Source: a virus | Lineage: Duplodnaviria > Caudoviricetes | IMG/VR virus record: IMGVR_UViG_3300029288_000107 | Coordinates: 32,001 to 96,000 of that record | DNA length: 64,000 nucleotides | Strand: one strand, 5' to 3' | In this document: positions 27,670-36,564 of the stretch, piece by piece | Numbering within the stretch: position 1 is the first letter of the stretch | How the letters are laid out: each line of letters starts with the position of its first letter | Notes under the pieces: model-generated | The model's database searches: none | The model's input: only the letters and a program-made list of their open reading frames with translations | Told to the model about the DNA's origin: nothing | Translations under genes and position numbers: made by a program

Positions 27670-27707
27670 CACTTCAAGGCGCGCCCCTGCGCGTCGTCAT
27701 GGAGGTA

Positions 27708-28085
27708 ATGATGAGGTACATCGCGTTGGAGCAGGTGGGGAGACCCATGCACCTGACGGGCGTGCGGGCACGGATGCAGGGCACGGTGCGCGTGGCAGAA
27801 CACGCGTCGGTGCTGATCCTGCCGGGGGGCATCACGGAGGACACGGATCTGGACCTGTCGCCGTGGGTGGCGGCAGGGTTCGTCATGCCGATGCCGGAGC
27901 GGGTGGCGCCGGTCCCGAAGCCGGAGCCGAAGGTGGAGCCGGAGGCGCCGAAGGCAGCGGATCCTGTGGCGGAGACCACGAAGGCGGAGGATCCGCTGGA
28001 GCCCGTGGTGGAACCGGAGCCGCCGGTGGTCGCGAGCGCGGCCCCGGAGGCGGTGCGGGCCGGGCGCGCGCGGCGGCGGGTCTAG
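27708..28085 (+). CDS. hypothetical protein with Pro/Glu-rich tail
   Basis: GGAGG RBS. Confidence 0.6.
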   Translation: MMRYIALEQVGRPMHLTGVRARMQGTVRVAEHASVLILPGGITEDTDLDLSPWVAAGFVMPMPERVAPVPKPEPKVEPEAPKAADPVAETTKAEDPLEPVVEPEPPVVASAAPEAVRAGRARRRV

Positions 28086-28086
28086 C

Positions 28087-28650
28087 ATGCGTCTGGACGA
28101 GCTGAACGCGCGGGCTGTGGCGCCCGCGGAGTTGGGCGTAGGGAGCCTCGTGGAGGTGCGGACCCGCATGGGGGCCGTGGTGGCGGAGGGGGCCGCGGCG
28201 TACCCGACGGCGCATGGGACCTGCGTGGGGGGCCGCTTCTTCGACGGGGCGCTCTACCTGTTCCTGCCGAAGGAAACGCACGCGCGTGCGCCATTGGACG
28301 AGGCCAAGGCCAAGGAGAGGCGGGGCAAGTCCAAGTTGGGGCCGCTGGACCCGGAGGCGCTGCCGGATGACGTGCGGCTCGCCGTTACGGTGGACCACGA
28401 CCTCAACGAGGAGGACGTGCAGCGCGTGCTGGCCTCCATCGGCGATGCGGCGCTACAGGCACTGAAGGGAGTCGGCATGCGGGAGGACGAGGTCTACGCC
28501 CGCGTGGCCGCCGTGCTGAAGGCCGTGGAAAACTGCCTCGTGGCCAAGGAGGGCGCTGCGGAGGACGCGGCCGCCGCCAAGGCGCGCGTGGATGCGGCGA
28601 GCAAGGTCAAGCGCAAGGCGAGCGGCACCGACGCCGACGACGAGGAATAG
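28087..28650 (+). CDS. hypothetical head-associated protein
   Basis: MRLDEL start; internal LDEA site. Confidence 0.6.
   Translation: MRLDELNARAVAPAELGVGSLVEVRTRMGAVVAEGAAAYPTAHGTCVGGRFFDGALYLFLPKETHARAPLDEAKAKERRGKSKLGPLDPEALPDDVRLAVTVDHDLNEEDVQRVLASIGDAALQALKGVGMREDEVYARVAAVLKAVENCLVAKEGAAEDAAAAKARVDAASKVKRKASGTDADDEE
28278..28289. repeat. palindrome copy 8 (in CDS)
   Basis: exact 12-mer. Confidence 0.9.
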
Positions 28651-28653
28651 CAC

Positions 28654-29364
28654 GTGGGCACCGAGGCGGAGATCATCCTGTTCGTGCAGCGCACGCTGGG
28701 ATCGACCGTGGTGGACTGCGAGCTGACCACGGATCAGGCGGCGGAGGCCGTGACGTCGGCCAAGATGTGGTACGCGCACTACATCGGGCAGTACAAGAGC
28801 ACGACCATCACGCTGACCTCGGGCCTGACGGAGTACGCGGTGCCCACCGACTGCGATGCGATTGTGGAGGTCGTGAGCGACGCGGCGGACTCCGTGCTGA
28901 CGTGGGGCGGGTTCGACATCCCGGTCAACTTGACGCCCATCCTGCCGCGCGTGGGGGCCGGGTCGGGCTACATCTCGGACCTGACGCAGATGCTCCAGTA
29001 TACGGGGGCCATCCGGCGCACCGTGGCGCGGGACCAGGACTGGTACTACGACGAGGCGCGGCGGATCCTCGTCATCACGCCGACCACGAGCGGCGCCTCC
29101 ATGGTGCGCATCTGGTACATGGCCAACACGGTCGACGTGCAGCTGCTCAAGTACTACGAGTTTGGGCTGGTGCGGGAGTACGCGCTGGCGCAGGCCATGG
29201 AGAACCTGGGCAACATCCGCAGCAAGTACAGCGAGATGCCGGGCGCGGCGGGAGGCTTCTCCATGAACGGGGATCTGCTGGCGAGCAACGCCATGACGCG
29301 GAAGCAGGAACTGACCGACCAGCTGCTGAAGCTCCAGCCGCCGGTTGGCTTCATCAAGGGGTGA
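28654..29364 (+). CDS. neck/head-tail adaptor, T4 gp13-like
   Basis: LG..VVDCELT..Q; YALAQAMENLG.IRSKY..MPG..G...MNG. Confidence 0.85.
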   Translation: MGTEAEIILFVQRTLGSTVVDCELTTDQAAEAVTSAKMWYAHYIGQYKSTTITLTSGLTEYAVPTDCDAIVEVVSDAADSVLTWGGFDIPVNLTPILPRVGAGSGYISDLTQMLQYTGAIRRTVARDQDWYYDEARRILVITPTTSGASMVRIWYMANTVDVQLLKYYEFGLVREYALAQAMENLGNIRSKYSEMPGAAGGFSMNGDLLASNAMTRKQELTDQLLKLQPPVGFIKG

Positions 29365-29368
29365 TCGC

Positions 29369-29752
29369 ATGAAGACGGTAAGGGATCTGATGGAGGGCAC
29401 GGGCGAGGGGGTCGAGTTCTCCGCGTTGCAGAACGAGATTGCGGTCAAGTTCCTCGGGGCGGCGGCCAAGGCCATCAAGGCGTTCGCCAAGGGGCACGTG
29501 ACGAAGGCGGAGGTGAACGAGGGGCGGAACCACGCCGCGACCTACCTGTCCGTGGAGGCCACGACGCTTGGCGACATCGAGTTCTCGTGGACCTGCCAGA
29601 TCATGGTCGTGGACACGTTCGCGTGCGAGCTGCACGCCATGACGAATCGGGCCGACGAGCGGCGCACCGTCGACAGCAAGATGCGGCTCGCGATGGGGGA
29701 GTGCACCCCGGCGAAGGTCGTGGAACTGTTCAAGCAGGCGTACGGGATCTAG
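29369..29752 (+). CDS. putative internal head protein
   Basis: leader MKTVRDLMEG. Confidence 0.6.
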   Translation: MKTVRDLMEGTGEGVEFSALQNEIAVKFLGAAAKAIKAFAKGHVTKAEVNEGRNHAATYLSVEATTLGDIEFSWTCQIMVVDTFACELHAMTNRADERRTVDSKMRLAMGECTPAKVVELFKQAYGI

Positions 29753-29784
29753 CGCGCACGAGCGTGTGCGATTAGGAGAGGATC

Positions 29785-31311
29785 ATGGACGAGCGGCAAC
29801 CGATCGATGAGGCCAAGTTTCCAGCGGCGGGCAAGGGCATGGAGTGGGGCGAGAAGGAGCCGGTCGCGCCGGAGACGTTGCCGTCGTTCGTGGAGAAGTT
29901 GAAGCGGGACGAGGGCATGTTCGTGCTCGCCACCTACACGCGCATGACGTGGTTCGACCGCAAGGCGTGGGAAGCGTGGGAGCGGACCGGCAAGCTGATG
30001 ATCAAGGTGGCCAAGGACGGACGGAACTTCTGGACGTTGGAGGGGCGTGGCGTCAAGTACGTGTTCACGCAGCCGACGTCGATCTTCTGGTTGCCACGGC
30101 AGCCGGTGGAGGAGAGCATGGACGCGAACGACATGCGGAGTTGGATCGATCGGTGCGCGGGCATCGAGGTGGCGGCGGTGGCGGAGGCGGTGCGGCCGCT
30201 CGGGGGGCTGGACGTGGCGGCGGCGGACGACGAGGTGCAGATCCACTTCGAGAGCGCGGCCGACGCGCAGCTGGTCTACGACTTCCTGATCGGGGCGGGC
30301 ACTGGCGTCCGGCTGCTGGAGCCCGGCGAGGTGCAGCTGCGGGTCATCGAGGGATGGGACCAGTGCACGGTGGCGTTCGCGCCGCACGTGCGGTACCTCA
30401 AGCCGGAGATCATCGCGGCCGTGCTGGAGGCGTTTGCCGACCGCATCCACGAGGCGGCGTGGGATGCCGCGCAGCGCGACCTCGCGGAGGAGGTGCAGGC
30501 GCTCCAGGAGTTCAACCCGTACCACGACAAGCAGGGCAACTTCGGGTCCAAGGCGGGGCTGGCGGCGGCCAAGGCGGGCTCCTACAGCAAGGGGAGCCGC
30601 AAGAACAAGGTCAGCGGCAAGACCAAGAAGGGCCTCAAGCTGGTGGCCACCAAGTTGCCGTGCGGGCGCGACGCGCGGGACTCGGGCCGGAACCAGCGAT
30701 GCTGGGACGGCGCGAAGCTGGACTGGACGGGGCAGGCCGCGGCGCGCGTGCTCAAGAAGGCCAAGGCGCAGGGCAAGATCCACGATGCGGTCACGGCGTA
30801 CGACCGTGCGATCCTGGAGCGGGCGGCGCGGGCGCTGGACGCGCGAGCGGCGATGATGGACGAGGCGGCGGGCGCCAAGAAGCTGCGTACAGCGGTCAGC
30901 ACGGCCTACAACAAGTACTTCGAGAACGTGCCGGTGGACATCTTCGCGATCGGCAAGATCGGCAAGGAGATCGAGGCGCTGATCGTGGCGGGCAAGGACC
31001 TGGACGCGGAGATGCCCGCGATCGTGAAGAAGTACCGGAAGGAAGAGTCGGATGGGCGCTCCGTGCGGGACCTGCTGAGCGAGCTGGGCGGGCAGACCTT
31101 CGGGGGGCGGCGCGGGGGCCGTGATCCGTACTGGATGGCCGCCAAGTACGCGGGAAAGGACAAGAACGGGACGCCGTTCCGGAAGGGCGACCAGGTCTTC
31201 TACTACCCGAACACGAAGACGGTGCTGGCTGGCGACGCGGCGGAGAAGGCGGCGGCGGAGTTCCAGGGGGCCAAGGACGACGAGCGGCAGTACAACTACG
31301 GCATGGAGTAG
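29785..31311 (+). CDS. modular putative head polyprotein
   Basis: modules separated by IDEA, VEES, IHEA, LQEF, MDEA, LSEL; FNPYHD..G.F motif. Confidence 0.65.
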   Translation: MDERQPIDEAKFPAAGKGMEWGEKEPVAPETLPSFVEKLKRDEGMFVLATYTRMTWFDRKAWEAWERTGKLMIKVAKDGRNFWTLEGRGVKYVFTQPTSIFWLPRQPVEESMDANDMRSWIDRCAGIEVAAVAEAVRPLGGLDVAAADDEVQIHFESAADAQLVYDFLIGAGTGVRLLEPGEVQLRVIEGWDQCTVAFAPHVRYLKPEIIAAVLEAFADRIHEAAWDAAQRDLAEEVQALQEFNPYHDKQGNFGSKAGLAAAKAGSYSKGSRKNKVSGKTKKGLKLVATKLPCGRDARDSGRNQRCWDGAKLDWTGQAAARVLKKAKAQGKIHDAVTAYDRAILERAARALDARAAMMDEAAGAKKLRTAVSTAYNKYFENVPVDIFAIGKIGKEIEALIVAGKDLDAEMPAIVKKYRKEESDGRSVRDLLSELGGQTFGGRRGGRDPYWMAAKYAGKDKNGTPFRKGDQVFYYPNTKTVLAGDAAEKAAAEFQGAKDDERQYNYGME

Positions 31312-31314
31312 GTC

Positions 31315-31827
31315 ATGACGGTGCGCGTCTGGGGCGAGCAGGATCGGGTGATCCTGCGGCGGTGGGAGGCCGAGCGGAACGAGCTGATCGGGCCGACGGC
31401 GCTCTACTACAGTCTGGTCCGGGGGGCGCATGTGGATCCGTTGTACCAGGAGCCCGTAGCCGACCCGCTGTACGGGGGCCCGCCGACGGGCACGGGGGCC
31501 CGGCACACCGACGCGTTCGAGTACGTGGGGCCGTACAGCGTCATCGTGGCCGTGCTGTTCGAGCGGTCCTCGGGCCGCACCGTGCAGGCCGACGAGACCG
31601 GCGTGGAGGCGATGTACGACGGCGAGGTCTACGTGGCCCGCGACGAGTGGGAAGGCAAGGTGACGAGCGGGGTGCCCAAGGAGGCCGACGTGCTGTTCGT
31701 CAACAACGAGTGGTGGGACGTCATCGCGGCCAACACGGGCGGCCACGTCACGGACAGCGGGCACTTCGTGGGGTGGAAGCTTCAGGTCAAGAAGCGGGAT
31801 CGGTTCGAACCGAACCGGAAGGTCTGA
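31315..31827 (+). CDS. head closure/neck protein, gp14-like
   Basis: YYSL...VDPLYQE; PKEADV; position in the neck module. Confidence 0.7.
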   Translation: MTVRVWGEQDRVILRRWEAERNELIGPTALYYSLVRGAHVDPLYQEPVADPLYGGPPTGTGARHTDAFEYVGPYSVIVAVLFERSSGRTVQADETGVEAMYDGEVYVARDEWEGKVTSGVPKEADVLFVNNEWWDVIAANTGGHVTDSGHFVGWKLQVKKRDRFEPNRKV

Positions 31828-31837
31828 GGAGGGCAGC

Positions 31838-32140
31838 ATGAAGGTGCGGGATCTGATCGAAGTTGATCAGGGGCGTGACATTTGGATGGCGGGCATCGAG
31901 GAGATCGAGGGCCTGACCGGGCGGAACCAGCACGCGGAGGCGCTGCTGGCCAAGGCGAAGATGCTGCGGGCGCGCCGCGAGATGGCCGTCATCGCGCTGA
32001 TCCAGAAGATCCAGGACGTGGAAGGCGAGATGCCCGAAGAGTTGCAGCGCTACAAGAACGCGATCGGCAAGCGGCTGGACGCGGCGGCCAAGAACAAGGT
32101 GCCCGCAGATCTGCTGGATCGCTTCGTGCGGGCAGCGTGA
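31838..32140 (+). CDS. putative internal head protein
   Basis: leader MKVRDLIE. Confidence 0.6.
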   Translation: MKVRDLIEVDQGRDIWMAGIEEIEGLTGRNQHAEALLAKAKMLRARREMAVIALIQKIQDVEGEMPEELQRYKNAIGKRLDAAAKNKVPADLLDRFVRAA

Positions 32141-32151
32141 GGAGCGTGGCG

Positions 32152-32346
32152 ATGCGTCGGGTGGTAGCAATAGTAGTGGTGGCGGTGCTGGCGGCGGCCT
32201 GCGCGAGCCCGGCGCTGGAGTACGCGCGGGCGCGCAACCCGCACTGCCGGGTGACGCCGCTGGAGGATCGGGGCGACGCGGTGCGGGTGCAGATCGCGTG
32301 CCCGGACGAGGAGCCGTTCGAGCGGACGTACCGGAGTGGGCGGTAG
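32152..32346 (+). CDS. small lipoprotein
   Basis: MRRVVAIVVVAVLAAAC lipoprotein signal. Confidence 0.65.
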   Translation: MRRVVAIVVVAVLAAACASPALEYARARNPHCRVTPLEDRGDAVRVQIACPDEEPFERTYRSGR

Positions 32347-32349
32347 CCC

Positions 32350-33204
32350 ATGCCCCTGCTGCTGAGCATCGACGGCGGCGGCGCGTTGGGCATCGGGCCC
32401 TGCGAGCTGCTGGCACGGCTGGAGGAGGCGCAGGGGCGGCTGTTGCCGGACGCCTACGCGGGGACGTCAGTGGGGGCGCTGCTGGCGGCCCTGGCGGCGA
32501 CGGGGCGGCCCTGGAGCCACGTGCGGGAGATCTTCATGCGGGAGTGCCCCGGCATCTTCGAGCGGCCGTCGTGGGCGTGGCGGATGAACCCGTGGCGGCC
32601 CCGGTACGACGGTCGGGCGCTGCGGCGGGCCGCGCAGACCTACTTCCAGGACCAGCGGATGTGCGAGGTTGAGGTGCCGATCTTCCTGACCAGCTTCGAC
32701 TTCCACACGGGGCGGCCCAAGGTCTGGGATCGGGGCGACGCCACGCCGATCTGGCGGGCCGTGCTGTGCAGCGCGGCGGCGCCGACCTACTTCCACATCG
32801 TGGAGGGGCGCTACGGGGACGGTGGACTGGTGGCCAACAACCCGGCCATGGTCGGCTTGGCAGGCTGCGCGGCCAAGGAGAGTTGGGATCTGCGGACCGC
32901 GCGCTGCCTGAGCCTGGGCACGAACGGCGACGCGTGGCGGGACCCCAAGGTGGCGCACCGGACGTTGCTGGGCTGGCTGCGGCCGCTGCTGGCGACCTTC
33001 ATGGAAGGCAACGAGGAGCTGGCAGACTTCGAGGCGCGGGCCGTGCTGGGCGACCGTCTGCGGCGCGTGGAGCCCGCGCTGCGGCACGAGGTCAAGATGG
33101 ACGACGTGGCGGCGGCGCTGGGCCCGTACCGGCAGCGCTGGGTCGACCTGTGGCACGCGGAGAAGGACGCGATCCTGCTGTGGCTGCGGCGCACGGCGAC
33201 GTAG
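32350..33204 (+). CDS. patatin-like phospholipase
   Basis: IDGGGALG, GTSVG, SAAAPTYF, DGGLVANNP, LSLGT. Confidence 0.93.
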   Translation: MPLLLSIDGGGALGIGPCELLARLEEAQGRLLPDAYAGTSVGALLAALAATGRPWSHVREIFMRECPGIFERPSWAWRMNPWRPRYDGRALRRAAQTYFQDQRMCEVEVPIFLTSFDFHTGRPKVWDRGDATPIWRAVLCSAAAPTYFHIVEGRYGDGGLVANNPAMVGLAGCAAKESWDLRTARCLSLGTNGDAWRDPKVAHRTLLGWLRPLLATFMEGNEELADFEARAVLGDRLRRVEPALRHEVKMDDVAAALGPYRQRWVDLWHAEKDAILLWLRRTAT

Positions 33205-33228
33205 GCGGAAGACAAGGCTGAGGAGGTT

Positions 33229-33851
33229 GTGATGGTGGACGTGGCAGAGGGCGAGAAATCCTGCGAAAAGTTCGAGTTGGCGGGTGGTCGCGCCGTGCTG
33301 TGGCGTGGCGACTGCCTGGACGTGCTGCGGGCGATGCCGGACGCCAGCGTGGACAGCATCGTGACGGACCCCCCGTATGGGCTGTCAGCGCACTCAGCGG
33401 AGGCCGTGGCGGCCTGCCTGCGGGCGTGGGTGGACGGCGAGGAGTACGTGCCGCGCGCCAAGGGTGGCTTCATGCAAAAAACGTGGGACGCCTGGGTGCC
33501 CGGCCCGGAGGTCTGGCGCGAGGTGATCCGTGTACTGAAGAACAGGCAGAGGTTGGGGTGGCGCGTGGTCTTCGCAGCAATAATCACCCGACCGTGAAGG
33601 CCACGGCGCTCATGCGCTACCTCGTGCGGTTGGTGACGCCACCCGATGGAACGGTCTGCGATCCGTTTGCGGGCAGCGGATCCACGGGCAAGGCGGCCCT
33701 GCTGGAGGGGTTCCGGTTCGTCGGCATAGATCAGGAGGCCGAGTACGTGGAGATCGCGAAGGCGCGGATCGAACATGCGGCGCGGATGGCAGTAGATGCG
33801 CAGGAGAAGGAAGTGGCAGCGCAGCAAAGGCAGACGGAGCTGTTCGGATGA
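33229..33851 (+). pseudogene. N4/N6 DNA methyltransferase (beta class), internally deleted and out of frame
   Basis: DPPY...RVLK in one frame; HPTVK...DPFAGSGST in the -1 frame; central region absent. Confidence 0.8.
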
Positions 33852-34192
33852 GGGCCAAGATCTACTGGTTCTGCACGACGTGCGAGCGGCTGCCAGCAGG
33901 CGGCGAGTGCGACCAGCCGATCTGCCACGGGCCCATCGCGGGGGGCTGGTTCCCGGCGTACCGTGGCCCGCTGCGGAAGGCTGGAGATTACGCGCACCAG
34001 TGGTGCTTCATGTGCGGTCAGCCCGCGACGGCGGCCGTGCGGGTGGCGGATCACTACATGGGGGTCTGCGCGACGCACATCAACCACCTGCGCACGCGCG
34101 TGCGTCGGGAGGGGGGGCAGGTGCGGGACGTCTTCATGCGCGAGCAGAACGGCGTGTGGGGCTGCCTCGACGACGAGTTGCGGCCCCGTTGA
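33848..34192 (+). CDS. Cys-rich hypothetical protein
   Basis: CTTC, CFMC, CATH; ATGA overlap. Confidence 0.6.
   Translation: MRAKIYWFCTTCERLPAGGECDQPICHGPIAGGWFPAYRGPLRKAGDYAHQWCFMCGQPATAAVRVADHYMGVCATHINHLRTRVRREGGQVRDVFMREQNGVWGCLDDELRPR
34092..34103. repeat. palindrome copy 9 (in CDS)
   Basis: exact 12-mer. Confidence 0.9.
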
Positions 34193-35518
34193 CATCCACC
34201 GTCCGCTAAAGCGGGCGGATTCCTGGTGAAACGTGAGAAGCACGAGACAGAGCAGGTTGGTTCACGGTTCTACGGATGCTGCGCTTGGCGGCCTTGGCCG
34301 CTTTGCGTCTAACGCTTCCTCCCCGTGCAGCAACGGAGTGTCCCTCCGCCAGAATGTTCTTCGATGCGTTCTTGTCGCGATCATGTACGGACCCGCACTC
34401 GGGGCACGACCATTCGCGGACGGAGAGCGGCAGACGTTCTACGATATGCCCGCAGTCGTGGCACCGTTTGCTGGACGGGAAGAAGCGATCCACCTTGACG
34501 AGCGTCTTCCCGTAGCGGTCGCATTTGTACTCCGTCAAGCGCGCAAACTGACCCATTGCGGCGTCACTGAGAGCGCGAGCGAGGCAGTGGTTGCGGACCA
34601 TGCCGCGCACGTTCAGGTCTTCAATGCAGATCAGATCGAACCGTCGCACGATGTCGGTCGTGATCTTGTGCATGTGGTCGAGTCGAGAGTCGGAGATCTG
34701 AGACTGGATACGAGCGACACGGAGACGTTGTTGTTCCCTGCGATGACTTCCTTTCTTGCGCCGCGCGAGCACGCGCTGCTCCTTAGCGAGCTTCTTGAGC
34801 TTCGATTGCAGCAGTCGCGGATTGGCGATGTGCTCGCCGTTGGAGAGAGTGGCCAAGCGATTGATGCCAAGATCGATGCCGACGGACTCACCTGTTTTCG
34901 GAAGCGGACTAACCGGTTCATCGAGAACCAACGTGACGAAGTACCGTCCGTCACTGCGCTTGGTTATCGTCGCAGTGGTGGGCGAACTCACGAAGGTTCT
35001 GGACCAGTGAACATCGAGTCGCCCAAGTTTGGCGACAGTCAGGTTGCGGTTGGTGGCGTCCCACTTGAAGGCGCTCAGCGTGTACTCAGCGGCCTGCGGT
35101 CCGTGCTTTTTCTTGAACGACGGATAGGCGGAGCGCTTGTCGAAGAAGTTGCGGAGCGCGGTCTGGAGATGCCGGAGTGCTTGTTGCGTTGGGACGCAGG
35201 AAATCTCCTTGAGCCACGCGGTCCGTTGTTGCTTCTTGAGATCGGTGAGTGCAGCCGAGGAGGAATTGTAGTTGATGTTCTGCCCTGCGTCCTGGTAGGC
35301 ATCGGTGCGAGCGCGGAGAGCCCAATTGTAGACGAATCGGCAGGCCCCAAAGGTGCGCGCCAGTACTCGCTCTTGAGGCGGGGTGGGATAGAATCGAAAT
35401 CTGTAACGCATCTTCACAATTCAGAGTATGCTCGCGTAATGTCGCGCGAACAAGAGAAAAGAAAGGGGAGCGCCATTCCTCCGTCGGCTAAACCCGACGG
35501 TCTCCTGGCGCTAATCCG
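34189..35518 (-). mobile_element. IS200/IS605-family tnpB-only element (IS1341-like)
   Basis: subterminal hairpins at both ends (34199-34219, 35481-35500); right end ...GATGTCAA; inserted 3' of TCAT on the minus strand. Confidence 0.88.
34206..35417 (-). CDS. tnpB: RNA-guided endonuclease TnpB
   Basis: YRFRFYPT, GIDLG, IEDLNV, HDRDKNAS, zinc finger CHDC/CPEC. Confidence 0.95.
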   Translation of the reverse strand: MKMRYRFRFYPTPPQERVLARTFGACRFVYNWALRARTDAYQDAGQNINYNSSSAALTDLKKQQRTAWLKEISCVPTQQALRHLQTALRNFFDKRSAYPSFKKKHGPQAAEYTLSAFKWDATNRNLTVAKLGRLDVHWSRTFVSSPTTATITKRSDGRYFVTLVLDEPVSPLPKTGESVGIDLGINRLATLSNGEHIANPRLLQSKLKKLAKEQRVLARRKKGSHRREQQRLRVARIQSQISDSRLDHMHKITTDIVRRFDLICIEDLNVRGMVRNHCLARALSDAAMGQFARLTEYKCDRYGKTLVKVDRFFPSSKRCHDCGHIVERLPLSVREWSCPECGSVHDRDKNASKNILAEGHSVAARGGSVRRKAAKAAKRSIRRTVNQPALSRASHVSPGIRPL

Positions 35519-36343
35519 ATGATCGGCATCACGCTCAACCGGCGGGACATGGCCCGCATCGACGGCATGCTGCGGGACGCGGACCGGCGCGTGCAGCGGG
35601 GCGAGGAGTTGTTCCTGCTGGAGTTGGCGGCGCTGCTGCGGCGCGAGGTGCAGGGGGCGGACCCCAAGGTGCCCGCCGGGGGGAAGGGGAAGGGGCGGAC
35701 CTACAAGTACGCGAGCAAGCTCCGCATGGCGACGGTGGAGGGCATGCCGCGGGCCGAGGCGGCCGTGGCGGTCTGGTTGAAGGTGGCGGCGAGCGAGTTG
35801 AGGGCGGAGGACGTGATGCGCACGGCGCTCATCGTGCGGCCCAAGGCGGCGGCGCCGGAGTACGTGCGGGTGCTGGCGCAGGCGGGCATCTGGCCCGCGG
35901 ACCTGCTGCCCTTCCAGGTGCGGGCGGAGCAGGCCACCGTGGTGGCGCGCCACGTGCGGCCCGACGAGGCGCAGGCGCTGCGGCAGGGCATCTGGGCGCG
36001 GCGGCGGGAGATCGCGGCGCAACTCACGAAGGCGGGAGCGCCCCCGTTCGAGTTGGGGAAGGGCAACGCGGCGGGCCAGCGCGTCTACGTGGACATCGCG
36101 TGGGAGGTGCTGCGCGGAGAGTTCGGCTGGGACGGGGCGCCCGCGCGGGTCGTGTGGCGGACCGCGCTCCAGAAGGTCATGGCGCACGTGCCGGTGGCGC
36201 TGCGCAAGGTGGGGGACTACCTGCTGGACGGCAAGGAGACCCGGTTTGACACGACGGAGGCGGACACCGTAGCATGGCGGAAGGTGAAGAGGGGCATGGA
36301 GTTCCAGAAGGTGCTCATGCCGTTCGTCAAAAAGAAGGTGTGA
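35519..36343 (+). CDS. hypothetical neck/tail-completion protein
   Basis: position before the tail terminator; codon bias. Confidence 0.55.
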   Translation: MIGITLNRRDMARIDGMLRDADRRVQRGEELFLLELAALLRREVQGADPKVPAGGKGKGRTYKYASKLRMATVEGMPRAEAAVAVWLKVAASELRAEDVMRTALIVRPKAAAPEYVRVLAQAGIWPADLLPFQVRAEQATVVARHVRPDEAQALRQGIWARRREIAAQLTKAGAPPFELGKGNAAGQRVYVDIAWEVLRGEFGWDGAPARVVWRTALQKVMAHVPVALRKVGDYLLDGKETRFDTTEADTVAWRKVKRGMEFQKVLMPFVKKKV

Positions 36344-36348
36344 GGGAC

Positions 36349-36549
36349 ATGGACGTCAACGAACTGACCAAGAGCATGCAGAAGATCGAGAACTACCTTC
36401 TCCGCGTGAAGGCGGACATGATGGAGGCGGCGGCCGACTGCGTCGGCGAGGGCTGCGACGGCGAGGACGAGGAGGACGAGGAGTCCGACGAGGGCGCCGC
36501 CGAGGACGAGGAAGAGGAAGAGGACGACGCCGAGGCCGAAGAGGACTGA
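36349..36549 (+). CDS. small highly acidic protein
   Basis: MMEAA followed by a D/E tract. Confidence 0.65.
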   Translation: MDVNELTKSMQKIENYLLRVKADMMEAAADCVGEGCDGEDEEDEESDEGAAEDEEEEEDDAEAEED

Positions 36550-36564
36550 TCGTCCGACCGCCCC

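Noticed and set aside
33471-33483. CAAAAAAC run as a programmed frameshift rescuing the methyltransferase
   Set aside because: It lies before conserved zero-frame residues (WD...RVLK), and the central region is missing anyway.
34233-35522. 429-aa + strand ORF
   Set aside because: Antisense shadow of tnpB; no motifs of its own.
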